A DNA stretch of 13,683 nt from an uncultured Lewinella sp. (GCA_964410795.1 CAYPIM010000113.1:5247-18929), one strand, 5' to 3'; counted from the stretch's first letter, positions 1 through 5,923 are shown. Numbers and translations are program-made. Notes: a model not told the origin generated them from the sequence alone.

Positions 1-305
1 CGCGCCGTCATCTGCGTGCTCTCGCCTGCGAGCGCTTCTTTTTTAACGTCCACTGCCTTAAGGAAAAACTTTGCACCCAGCGTCCGCGCCAACTCTTCCA
101 CAAATGCTGCATCGCCGTCGGAAGCTTTACCCCGCAGTTGGAAATTCATGTGCGCAATGGCAAAATCGTAGCCTTCGGCGTGCAGTACATGGGCGAGCAC
201 GGTACTGTCCAGGCCGCCGCTGCAGGCCAGCAATAGCTTGTCCGTCTTGGTAAATAGTTCTTCGCGATCAACAAAGTCTCGGAAAGATGTAATTAAATCC
301 GCCAT
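1..305 (-). CDS. tilS: tRNA(Ile)-lysidine synthetase, N-terminal part only. The 3' end of the gene lies beyond the left window edge.
   Basis: This ORF is absent from the ORF track because it runs off the window. The reverse complement of 305..1 starts with ATG (305..303) and reads MADLITSFRDFVDREELFTKTDKLLLACSGGLDSTVLAHVLHAEGYDFAIAHMNFQLRGKASDGDAAFVEELARTLGAKFFLKAVDVKKEALAGESTQMTAR with no stop. LLLACSGGLDS is the PP-loop SGGxDS ATP-pyrophosphatase motif. It is followed by AHxNxQLRG at the spacing typical of the TilS N-terminal domain. Confidence 0.85.
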   Translation of the reverse strand, partial: MADLITSFRDFVDREELFTKTDKLLLACSGGLDSTVLAHVLHAEGYDFAIAHMNFQLRGKASDGDAAFVEELARTLGAKFFLKAVDVKKEALAGESTQMTA

Positions 306-317
306 AGTTTTGGGTCT

Positions 318-327
318 GGGGGGGGGG
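318..327. repeat. Homopolymeric G10 tract (C10 on the tilS coding strand), 12 nt upstream of the tilS ATG.
   Basis: Direct reading of tctGGGGGGGGGGacc at 318..327. On the minus strand this is CCCCCCCCCCAGACCCAAAACTATG. Confidence 0.95.
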
Positions 328-337
328 ACCGGAGCCG

Positions 338-453
338 TGCGGTAGCCAAATCGCTTATCACATTTCCCTTATCCCTTATCCCTTATCAATCTCGCCTGCC
401 TAATGCGGCAGCCAAATCAAGAATCGAGAATCGAGAATCAAATATCGAGAATC
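338..453. repeat. Two tandem ~66-nt modules, each a 15-nt header (TGCGGYAGCCAAATC) followed by five phased heptamers ending in ATC or TTC.
   Basis: The headers lie at 338..352 (tgcggtagccaaatc) and 404..418 (tgcggcagccaaatc), 14/15 identical and 66 nt apart. Module A heptamers are gcttatc, acatttc, ccttatc, ccttatc, ccttatc (353..387). Module B heptamers are aagaatc, gagaatc, gagaatc, aaatatc, gagaatc (419..453). The element fills the miaE-stop to tilS-start spacer. Confidence 0.9.
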
Positions 454-455
454 CT

Positions 456-1061
456 CTAGTGCATCCGGTCTCCCCGCACCTCCATATTCGCCAGCAGCTC
501 CGCTTCGAAGGCCAGGAATTCCGCCCAGCGTTTGTCCACTTTCTCCCGGTCAAAGTATTTGCGGGCCAGCTCTATGAACAGGACGTAATGGCCTGCTTCT
601 GCGACCATAAATTTGTGGTAGAACTTTCGCAGGTCTTCGTCCGAGCAGTAAAGACTGAGCAGCCGAAACCGTTCGCAACTGCGCGCCTCGATGAGCGCGC
701 AGAGCAGCAACTTTTCCAACAGCGCCGCTTCGCGGCCGCCGCCCTTCTTCATCACTTTCATTAACCCGTTGACGTATTCGTCTTTCCGCTGCCGACCAAG
801 TTTAAGCCCCCGCTTTTCCAGCTCGTGCAGTACCATCCGGAAATGCCCCCATTCTTCGGTTACAACGGGTGCTACTTCCGCTACAATTTCCGGGAAATCC
901 GGATAACCCTGAATTAAGCTGATGCAACTGGTGGTAGCTTTCTGTTCACAGTAGGCGTGGTCGGTTAGGATTTCCTCGAGGTCCATCTCGGCAAGGTTTA
1001 CCCAGCGAGGATCAGTCGGGAGCTTGAGGTTGAGCATCTGTACGGTGGCGGCGTCGGTCAT
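456..1061 (-). CDS. miaE: tRNA-(ms2io6A37)-hydroxylase, a ferritin-like di-iron enzyme of the MiaE family.
   Basis: The ORF-track entry is 456..1121 (-). LTDHAYCEQKA, VVTEEWGHF, LIEARSCERF and MVAEAGHY are the paired carboxylate/His helices (DHAxCExKA, EExxH, IEARSCERF, EAxH) characteristic of MiaE. I trimmed the start to ATG 1061..1059 (MTDAATVQML...), giving 201 aa. The track start at 1121 is a TTG lying inside a -7 promoter box, and the extra 20 residues (YFPLSLSPFTSLPPLPPYS) merely translate a C/T-rich repeat. Confidence 0.85.
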   Translation of the reverse strand: MTDAATVQMLNLKLPTDPRWVNLAEMDLEEILTDHAYCEQKATTSCISLIQGYPDFPEIVAEVAPVVTEEWGHFRMVLHELEKRGLKLGRQRKDEYVNGLMKVMKKGGGREAALLEKLLLCALIEARSCERFRLLSLYCSDEDLRKFYHKFMVAEAGHYVLFIELARKYFDREKVDKRWAEFLAFEAELLANMEVRGDRMH

Positions 1062-1065
1062 GGAG

Positions 1066-1113
1066 TAAGGGGGTAAAGGGGGAAGGGAGGTAAAGGGGGA
1101 AAGGCTTAAGGGG
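1066..1113. repeat. Purine-rich low-complexity block (pyrimidine-rich on the minus strand) with a 13-nt direct repeat GGTAAAGGGGGAA x2, forming the miaE 5' leader.
   Basis: ggtaaagggggaa occurs at 1072..1084 and again at 1089..1101 (period 17). It is flanked by taagggg (1066..1072) and ttaagggg (1106..1113). On the minus strand the block reads CCCCTTAAGCCTTTCCCCCTTTACCTCCCTTCCCCCTTTACCCCCTTACTCC-ATG. Confidence 0.85.
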
Positions 1114-1118
1114 AAGTA

Positions 1119-1126
1119 CAAAGATA
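1119..1126 (-). promoter_or_regulatory. Candidate Bacteroidota-type -7 promoter box (TATCTTTG, an exact match to TAnnTTTG) for miaE.
   Basis: The minus strand reads gcTTATCTTTGtactt, 57 nt upstream of the miaE ATG and downstream of the glgP terminator. I could not find a convincing -33 TTTG at the expected spacing. Confidence 0.4.
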
Positions 1127-1162
1127 AGCAAGGCAGCGTGGAGGGAATTGTTTCCTTGCGCG

Positions 1163-1201
1163 ATAAAAAATCCCGAGACTACACTTATGTAGACTCGGGA
1201 T
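1163..1201 (-). terminator. Rho-independent terminator of glgP.
   Basis: The minus-strand RNA is UCCCGAGUCUAC-AUAAGU-GUAGUCUCGGGA-UUUUUUAU. That is a 12-position stem (11 pairs plus one U.U mismatch), a 6-nt loop and a U6 tail. It lies about 58 nt downstream of the glgP stop. There is no T-run on the plus-strand side, so it is unidirectional. Confidence 0.8.
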
Positions 1202-1211
1202 AACGAACTTT

Positions 1212-1257
1212 CTGCAACCTGCAACCTGCAACCTGCAACCTGCAACCTGCAACCTGC
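1212..1257. repeat. Perfect heptanucleotide tandem array (CTGCAAC) x6.5, which is GTTGCAG/GCAGGTT on the minus strand.
   Basis: Direct reading shows ctgcaac at 1212, 1219, 1226, 1233, 1240 and 1247, then ctgc at 1254..1257. The array ends 1 nt from the glgP stop codon (TAG, 1261..1259) and lies upstream of the terminator, so it sits in the glgP 3' UTR. Confidence 0.95.
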
Positions 1258-1258
1258 T

Positions 1259-3817
1259 CTAAACCCAGAAAACGAGGTTCAAATCCTGGGCGTGTGGCAT
1301 AAGCTTGTGTACAGGCCGCAGGCGGAAACCGTACTCAAAAACGCCAGTATACTTAGGGTCAACGGATAACTTAAAGGTGGCCTTCCCGTCCTTCTGGCGC
1401 GCCAACTTGAAGGGCTCGGTCCGAATCAGTTCAAGTTTGTCCTCACTAAGCCGGCGGTAGCCACAGTACTCGAGCGTCAGCCCTTTGGCGTCGATACCAT
1501 TGGTGTCGATCACGACTTCAGCCTCAAAATGGCCGGACATCGTCAAAGCTTTGTTTTGGGCGTCGAAAGATTTGTTTTCTACCACTTGGATACCAGACCA
1601 CTTGTGCAGAACGTCGTCTTTCCAGGCTGCGAATTCACGGGCGGGTTTCCAGTCGCCCTTGCTGGCGGCTTTCTGGCTCTTGCCGAGGGGAAAATAGAAG
1701 CGGTCGTAATAGTCGTCCATCATCCGCTTCATGGTGAAGGTTGGCGCAACTTCAGCGATGATCTGCTTTACGAAGCCCATCCAGTCTTTGCTGATGCCGT
1801 TCTTGTCGCGGCGGTAGAAAGTTGGGATGATCTCGTCTTCCAGAATGGAGTAGATGGTCTCTGCGTCGAGCTCATCCTGTAGGTGTTGCTCTTCGTAGGT
1901 GCGCTCTAGTGGGAGGGCCCAGCCAGCATCAGGGCGGTAGCCTTCCGCCCACCAGCCATCAAGTACAGAGAAGTTGACGGAGCCGTTCAGGGCTGCTTTC
2001 ATGCCCGAAGTGCCGGAAGCTTCCAAGGGGCGGGTAGGGGTGTTCAACCAAACGTCTACTCCTTGTGTCAGAAGCTTAGCCATTTCCATGTTGTAGTCTT
2101 CTAGGAAGATCACCTTACCGGCAAATTCTGGCTTCTTACTTACGTGAATGATGTGACGAATCAGATCCTGACCACCCTGATCTGCCGGGTGTGCTTTACC
2201 TGCGAACAGGAAGATGACGGGACGATCGGAATCGTTGACGAGTTCTTTCAGGCGCTCCTCGTTTTTAAACAAGAGGGTAGCACGCTTATAGGTCGCAAAA
2301 CGACGAGCAAAGCCAAAGACCAGTGCGTTGTCGTTGATATTGTTTACGATGTCGATGATTGCCTTTGGTCGCTCACCACGGCGGCGCATGTCTACCTCTA
2401 GTTTTTCGCGAACATATTCCAAAAGTTGAACCTTTAGGCTGTGGCGAACATCGAATAGTTTTTTGTCGTCGATCTTGTGAATCTTCCGCCAAATGTCCTT
2501 ATTGCTTTGATCACGCACCCAATCTTTGCCAAACTGCGTAGAATACAGTTGGTGGAGGTCATTCGCAATCCAGGTAGGGTAGTGGACCGAGTTGGTCACG
2601 TACCCAATGTGAACCTCTTCGGCAGTGTAGCCCGGATATAAGGTAGTGAACATCTCCTGGCTTACCTCTCCGTGCAGCTTGGACACACCGTTAACGCGCT
2701 GACTAAGACGGATGGAAAGCTTAGACATATTGAAGTCTTCGCCGGCATCATCTGGGTTCAGGCGGCCTAGGGCAACAAAGTCATGCCAGTCAATACCAAG
2801 TTCTCCTGCATAGCTGTACAGGTAATTGCGCAGCATGTGCTCGGGGAAGTGATCGTGGCCAGCGGGCACGGGCGTGTGGGTCGTGTAAAGGCTGCTGGCG
2901 CGTACTGCTTCAACGGCTTCGTTGAAGCTCATACCATCTTGCTGGACGTGATTTTTTAAGCGTTCAATGCTCAAGAAACCGGCGTGTCCTTCGTTTAAGT
3001 GATAAACCTCCGGCTGTAGGCCCATGGCTTCCACGGCGCGAACGCCGCCGATGCCGAGCAGAATCTCTTGCTTGAGGCGGTGCTCATTGTCGCCGCCATA
3101 CAGCATGTGCGTTAGTGCACGGTCGTCCTGCTGGTTATCTTCATGGTCGGTATCGAGCAGGTATAGGTTAATACGGCCGATTGGCAGCTTCCATACTTTT
3201 GCGACAACGATGCGGCCCTGAACCGGGACGCTAATTTTTAGCCAGGAGCCGTCTTCGTTACGAACGGGCTCAACGGGCAGTTGAGTAAACTTCTGGGCTG
3301 GGTATTTATGGATCTGGTCTCCGTTGATGCTAAGCCCCTGGTTGAAGTAGCCATAGCGGTAAAGGAGGCCGACACCAAAGAGATTTACGTTGGAGTCTGA
3401 TGCTTCTTTAAGATAGTCGCCGGCAAGAACGCCGAGGCCACCGCTGTAAAGCTTGAGGCTGATGTGAAGACCATACTCCATGCTGAAGTAGGCAATTTTT
3501 GGCCCCTTCTTCATTGGCTCGGCCAGGTAGGCATCGAAGTCTTTTTCGACACTCTTCAGCTGCTTGAGAAAGGCCTTGTCTTTCGCCAGTTCTTGAGCGC
3601 GGGAGGGATCAAGGGTTTCGAGCAGGGCAACGGGGTTGTAGTTCAGTTCAACAAATTTGTCGGGGTCGATAGAACTGAACATTTCTTGTGCAGATGCGCT
3701 CCAGGACCACCAGATATTGTGGGCCAGGCGGTTGAGAGGGGCAAGTGCAGCGGGCAATTCGTTTTTAATAAAGATGCGGTGCAACTTCATCTTTGTGCTT
3801 GTTTGCGTCAAAGTCAT
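1259..3817 (-). CDS. glgP: Alpha-glucan (glycogen/maltodextrin) phosphorylase, GT35 GlgP family with an N-terminal DUF3417-type domain.
   Basis: The ORF-track entry is 1259..3886 (-). Recognised motifs are NIWWSW (N-terminal domain), YFSMEYGL, GGLGVLAGDYLK, and LEASGTSGMKAALNG, which carries the pyridoxal-phosphate lysine. The start is uncertain. The track start at 3886 is GTG. ATG 3817 (MTLTQTSTKMKLHR...) has an A/T-rich upstream context (TATAAAAATTTTACAA-ATG). ATG 3790 (MKLHRIFIKNELPAALAPL) lies the same short distance ahead of the WSW motif as the family N-termini I can recall. I report 3817, with 3790 a good alternative. Confidence 0.93.
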   Translation of the reverse strand: MTLTQTSTKMKLHRIFIKNELPAALAPLNRLAHNIWWSWSASAQEMFSSIDPDKFVELNYNPVALLETLDPSRAQELAKDKAFLKQLKSVEKDFDAYLAEPMKKGPKIAYFSMEYGLHISLKLYSGGLGVLAGDYLKEASDSNVNLFGVGLLYRYGYFNQGLSINGDQIHKYPAQKFTQLPVEPVRNEDGSWLKISVPVQGRIVVAKVWKLPIGRINLYLLDTDHEDNQQDDRALTHMLYGGDNEHRLKQEILLGIGGVRAVEAMGLQPEVYHLNEGHAGFLSIERLKNHVQQDGMSFNEAVEAVRASSLYTTHTPVPAGHDHFPEHMLRNYLYSYAGELGIDWHDFVALGRLNPDDAGEDFNMSKLSIRLSQRVNGVSKLHGEVSQEMFTTLYPGYTAEEVHIGYVTNSVHYPTWIANDLHQLYSTQFGKDWVRDQSNKDIWRKIHKIDDKKLFDVRHSLKVQLLEYVREKLEVDMRRRGERPKAIIDIVNNINDNALVFGFARRFATYKRATLLFKNEERLKELVNDSDRPVIFLFAGKAHPADQGGQDLIRHIIHVSKKPEFAGKVIFLEDYNMEMAKLLTQGVDVWLNTPTRPLEASGTSGMKAALNGSVNFSVLDGWWAEGYRPDAGWALPLERTYEEQHLQDELDAETIYSILEDEIIPTFYRRDKNGISKDWMGFVKQIIAEVAPTFTMKRMMDDYYDRFYFPLGKSQKAASKGDWKPAREFAAWKDDVLHKWSGIQVVENKSFDAQNKALTMSGHFEAEVVIDTNGIDAKGLTLEYCGYRRLSEDKLELIRTEPFKLARQKDGKATFKLSVDPKYTGVFEYGFRLRPVHKLMPHAQDLNLVFWV

Positions 3818-3997
3818 TTGTAAAATTTTTATAGGTGGGCCTTCAGCAAAATTGCCGTCGGTTTCCCGTTTACCGTACATCTCCACACTGCTTTTCCATG
3901 AATTTTGGAAAGCAAATCAATGCGCATTCAATAAGGAGGAATACTGGAAAAAGTTAGTACGCGTTGGTTAAATTCCTGGCGAATACTTAGCAAGAGC

Positions 3998-4074
3998 AGT
4001 GGCACCTTTCGGCTTTCTCTCCGGCACGGAACCTGTCCTTTAGGGTAGTGGCACCTTTCGGCTTTCTCCCCGGC
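3998..4074. repeat. 28-nt direct repeat x2 (AGTGGCACCTTTCGGCTTTCTCYCCGGC), period 49 nt, in a non-coding gap.
   Basis: Copy 1 is at 3998..4025 and copy 2 at 4047..4074, 27/28 identical with a single T/C difference. On the minus strand each copy contains GCC-GAAA-GGU, a GNRA-tetraloop mini-hairpin. Confidence 0.9.
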
Positions 4075-4468
4075 TTGGGTTCGGTCTTTTCAAGTCTCCC
4101 CGTCAGGTGCAGAGCCTTATCAAAGTTAAGGCGCATGCACGCAGGTGCAGGGTGGAGTTTTTGAGGCCGGTCTCGCGGGTAAAAGTATGTTTGTGTAAAT
4201 ATGCGATGATCGGTCTTTGCCGAAATGGTTGGCAAAACGGCTGCGAACAGATTTCCGTGAGCTATCTGAACTCCGGCGGAGTGGAAGCATAATTCAGAAG
4301 GCTCATACACACTACTGATTACCTAATGCAAACCGACCCGGATTTATCTGAGCGGGGCCAAAATTCGGTATTTCGTGGGAAACCGCCAAATTTCGCTACT
4401 TTTAAACAAGTTTAATGTAAGCGATGGCTCATTACTGAGGGGCGCCGCTCCTACCTAAACAACCGATT

Positions 4469-4744
4469 ATGAATAAAGCGCCGCTCCTTGTCAGCCTTGG
4501 CCTACTGACCTACTTTTTCCTACTGATACTAATCAATCATTTTCACTGGGATTTTGTACTGGTTGGCGTCTTTGTCGAACTACTAACCTTGCCTGCCCTG
4601 GCAGCGGTCATCGGCCTTTTGGGGTATAGTACTTACCGTAGCTTTAGTGGAGCAAAAGAGGAGAAGCCCCTTTACCGAAAAACGGCAGGAGTACTTACCA
4701 TCTGTGTTGCGATGTTGGTTGCTGCTACCTTTTATTTCGGATGA
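4469..4744 (+). CDS. Small hypothetical integral membrane protein (91 aa, three predicted TM helices).
   Basis: This is an ORF-track entry with an ATG start. Three hydrophobic segments are visible: APLLVSLGLLTYFFLLILINHF, FVLVGVFVELLTLPALAAVIGLLGY and TAGVLTICVAMLVAATFYF. They are separated by short polar or charged loops (RSFSGAKEEKPLYRK). I recognise no family. Confidence 0.55.
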   Translation: MNKAPLLVSLGLLTYFFLLILINHFHWDFVLVGVFVELLTLPALAAVIGLLGYSTYRSFSGAKEEKPLYRKTAGVLTICVAMLVAATFYFG

Positions 4745-4759
4745 ATCAAAGCGGATAAA

Positions 4760-5854
4760 CTACTCTTCTTCATCAAAAAGATCAAGCCGTTCACCTAAGA
4801 GTCCGCCCCGGATGAATTCCCCATCCTCCACTAAGAGAACTTCACCCATAGAGCCAAACTTCATGCTGGAGTCAACGGCTAAAACTTTGCCGTTGAAAAA
4901 GGTGCGAATGGCCTGAAAGGAGGTATGTCCCACAATCATTTTCTTAGCCCCTAAGCGTCTAAGAATACGGTCGATATCTTTTTCTTCAAGTTCCCGGTCC
5001 AAAAAGTAGCCTCGGTACCACAGCGGTCCTTCTCTACCGCCAAGAACACCAAGTTGCTCTGCTTTCTCTACAGGGAGCGCTGGCTTAGCGTCAATCAGGT
5101 ATTTGTGGTAGAGATTATTGATGCTTTTAAGACCGCTTACCTCACGTAGTAGGTCTTTGCTGAATCCACCATGGACGAACACCATGTCATTGATTCGGAT
5201 CGTCAGCGGAAGTGATCTCAGCCACTGCCCGAGGTAAGAGTTTGGACCATATAGTTCATAGTAGGGCGTTTCTAATAAGCCCGAGGTAATCATGTAGCGT
5301 TTGTTGACGTAGCGTACGTCTCGGTCCATAACCATTGTTTCATGGTTGCCTAAAAGGAAATGAACCCGCCCGCCAGCAGCTGTTGCTTCCTGCTGGAGGT
5401 TGTGTATCAGCCAGAGTGCTTCCGTAACCTGTTCTCCACGGTCAAATACGTCGCCTACTACTACAAAGTGGCCTTTGCCAAATGTCCAGTGCAGATTCTC
5501 ATCAATTATCCCATGGCTGATAAGCACTTTGCGAATCACATCGAATTGCCCGTGAATATCGCTAACCACGGCAACCTTTTCTACATCTTTAAAACAGATT
5601 TTGGAATCACGAACGAATTCACGTCCAGGCGAAACAGCATCGGTACGAAAGGCGCGGAAAGGCGGCAATTTAGAAACCACATCATCTGACCACTCCGCAG
5701 ACCCTGACTTCTTCTCTTCAGGCCAAGCCCATTGTACCATTAGGTTGCCTTCAGCGTCGTAATTAAGGTAAGGGCCATCGGCAAAGGGGATGTCCATCTG
5801 GGTAAAGCCGAATGCAGGTAATAAAAGGGACAGTATGAAGAGTAGTTTTTGCAA
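4760..5854 (-). CDS. Secreted PPP-family (Shelph-like / calcineurin-like) metallophosphoesterase.
   Basis: The ORF-track entry is 4760..5926 (-). All core PPP motifs are present in order: VVSDIHGQFD (DxHG), VVVGDVFDRGEQ (GDxxDRG), LLGNHE (GNHE), VFVHGG and IVGHT. The track start (5926) is a TTG lying inside a TAnnTTTG box. TTG 5854..5852 would give MQKLLFILSLLLPAFGFTQ, a classic signal peptide. The first ATG (5797) would delete that hydrophobic segment. The start is therefore uncertain, and I report 5854. Confidence 0.82.
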   Translation of the reverse strand: MQKLLFILSLLLPAFGFTQMDIPFADGPYLNYDAEGNLMVQWAWPEEKKSGSAEWSDDVVSKLPPFRAFRTDAVSPGREFVRDSKICFKDVEKVAVVSDIHGQFDVIRKVLISHGIIDENLHWTFGKGHFVVVGDVFDRGEQVTEALWLIHNLQQEATAAGGRVHFLLGNHETMVMDRDVRYVNKRYMITSGLLETPYYELYGPNSYLGQWLRSLPLTIRINDMVFVHGGFSKDLLREVSGLKSINNLYHKYLIDAKPALPVEKAEQLGVLGGREGPLWYRGYFLDRELEEKDIDRILRRLGAKKMIVGHTSFQAIRTFFNGKVLAVDSSMKFGSMGEVLLVEDGEFIRGGLLGERLDLFDEEE

Positions 5855-5923
5855 AATCGACGGTCTGTGAGGATGAAAACCTAAAAGTGAAAGTGCCGCG
5901 CCGTCTAAAGCCGACGCACTCAA

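Noticed and set aside
71-253. 60-aa plus-strand ORF.
   Set aside because: It is antisense to the clearly recognisable tilS PP-loop domain. It is Arg/Pro/Cys-rich shadow-frame sequence.
1062-1121. N-terminal 20-aa extension of miaE in the ORF track (TTG start at 1121).
   Set aside because: The TTG lies inside the TATCTTTG -7 box, and the extension is the translation of the C/T-rich repeat. ATG 1061 gives a normal-length MiaE.
1012-1245. 77-aa minus-strand ORF.
   Set aside because: It runs through the heptamer array, the terminator hairpin, the promoter box and the miaE start region. It is an artefact of repeats and non-coding sequence.
3818-3886. Upstream GTG (3886) or ATG (3880) start for glgP.
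   Set aside because: The extra residues (MEMYGKRETDGNFAEGPPIKILQ) lie upstream of where the conserved N-terminal domain of this phosphorylase family begins. They would also overlap a near-consensus -7 box (CAATTTTG on the minus strand). The call remains uncertain.
3998-4074. The 28-nt repeat pair as a miniature CRISPR array.
   Set aside because: There are only two copies, the intervening sequence is 21 nt (shorter than normal spacers), and no cas genes or leader are present in the window.
3990-4110. Minus-strand resemblance to glycine-riboswitch (GGAGAG ... CCGAAAGG ... AAAGGAC) or ykkC/guanidine-I (AAGCCGGGGAGA) core sequences.
   Set aside because: The matches are short fragments only. The 49-nt unit is about half the size of a glycine aptamer and lacks the P2/P3 stems. 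The GGUCCGAGAG element of ykkC is absent. glgP is also not a plausible regulon member. An Infernal scan would settle this.
3987-4310. 107-aa minus-strand ORF in the large gap.
   Set aside because: It spans both 28-nt repeats, which yields the duplicated KPKGAT / EKAERCH-type peptide. It is rich in Arg, Pro, His and Cys in a way typical of non-coding translation. It has no recognisable motif. I treat it as a non-coding region.
4418-4468. GCGATGG ... CCTAC fragment upstream of the 91-aa membrane-protein gene, reminiscent of a fluoride (crcB) riboswitch.
   Set aside because: The P1 stem and the AACCGCC / GCTGATGA conserved blocks are missing. The downstream protein has three helices and none of the CrcB motifs.
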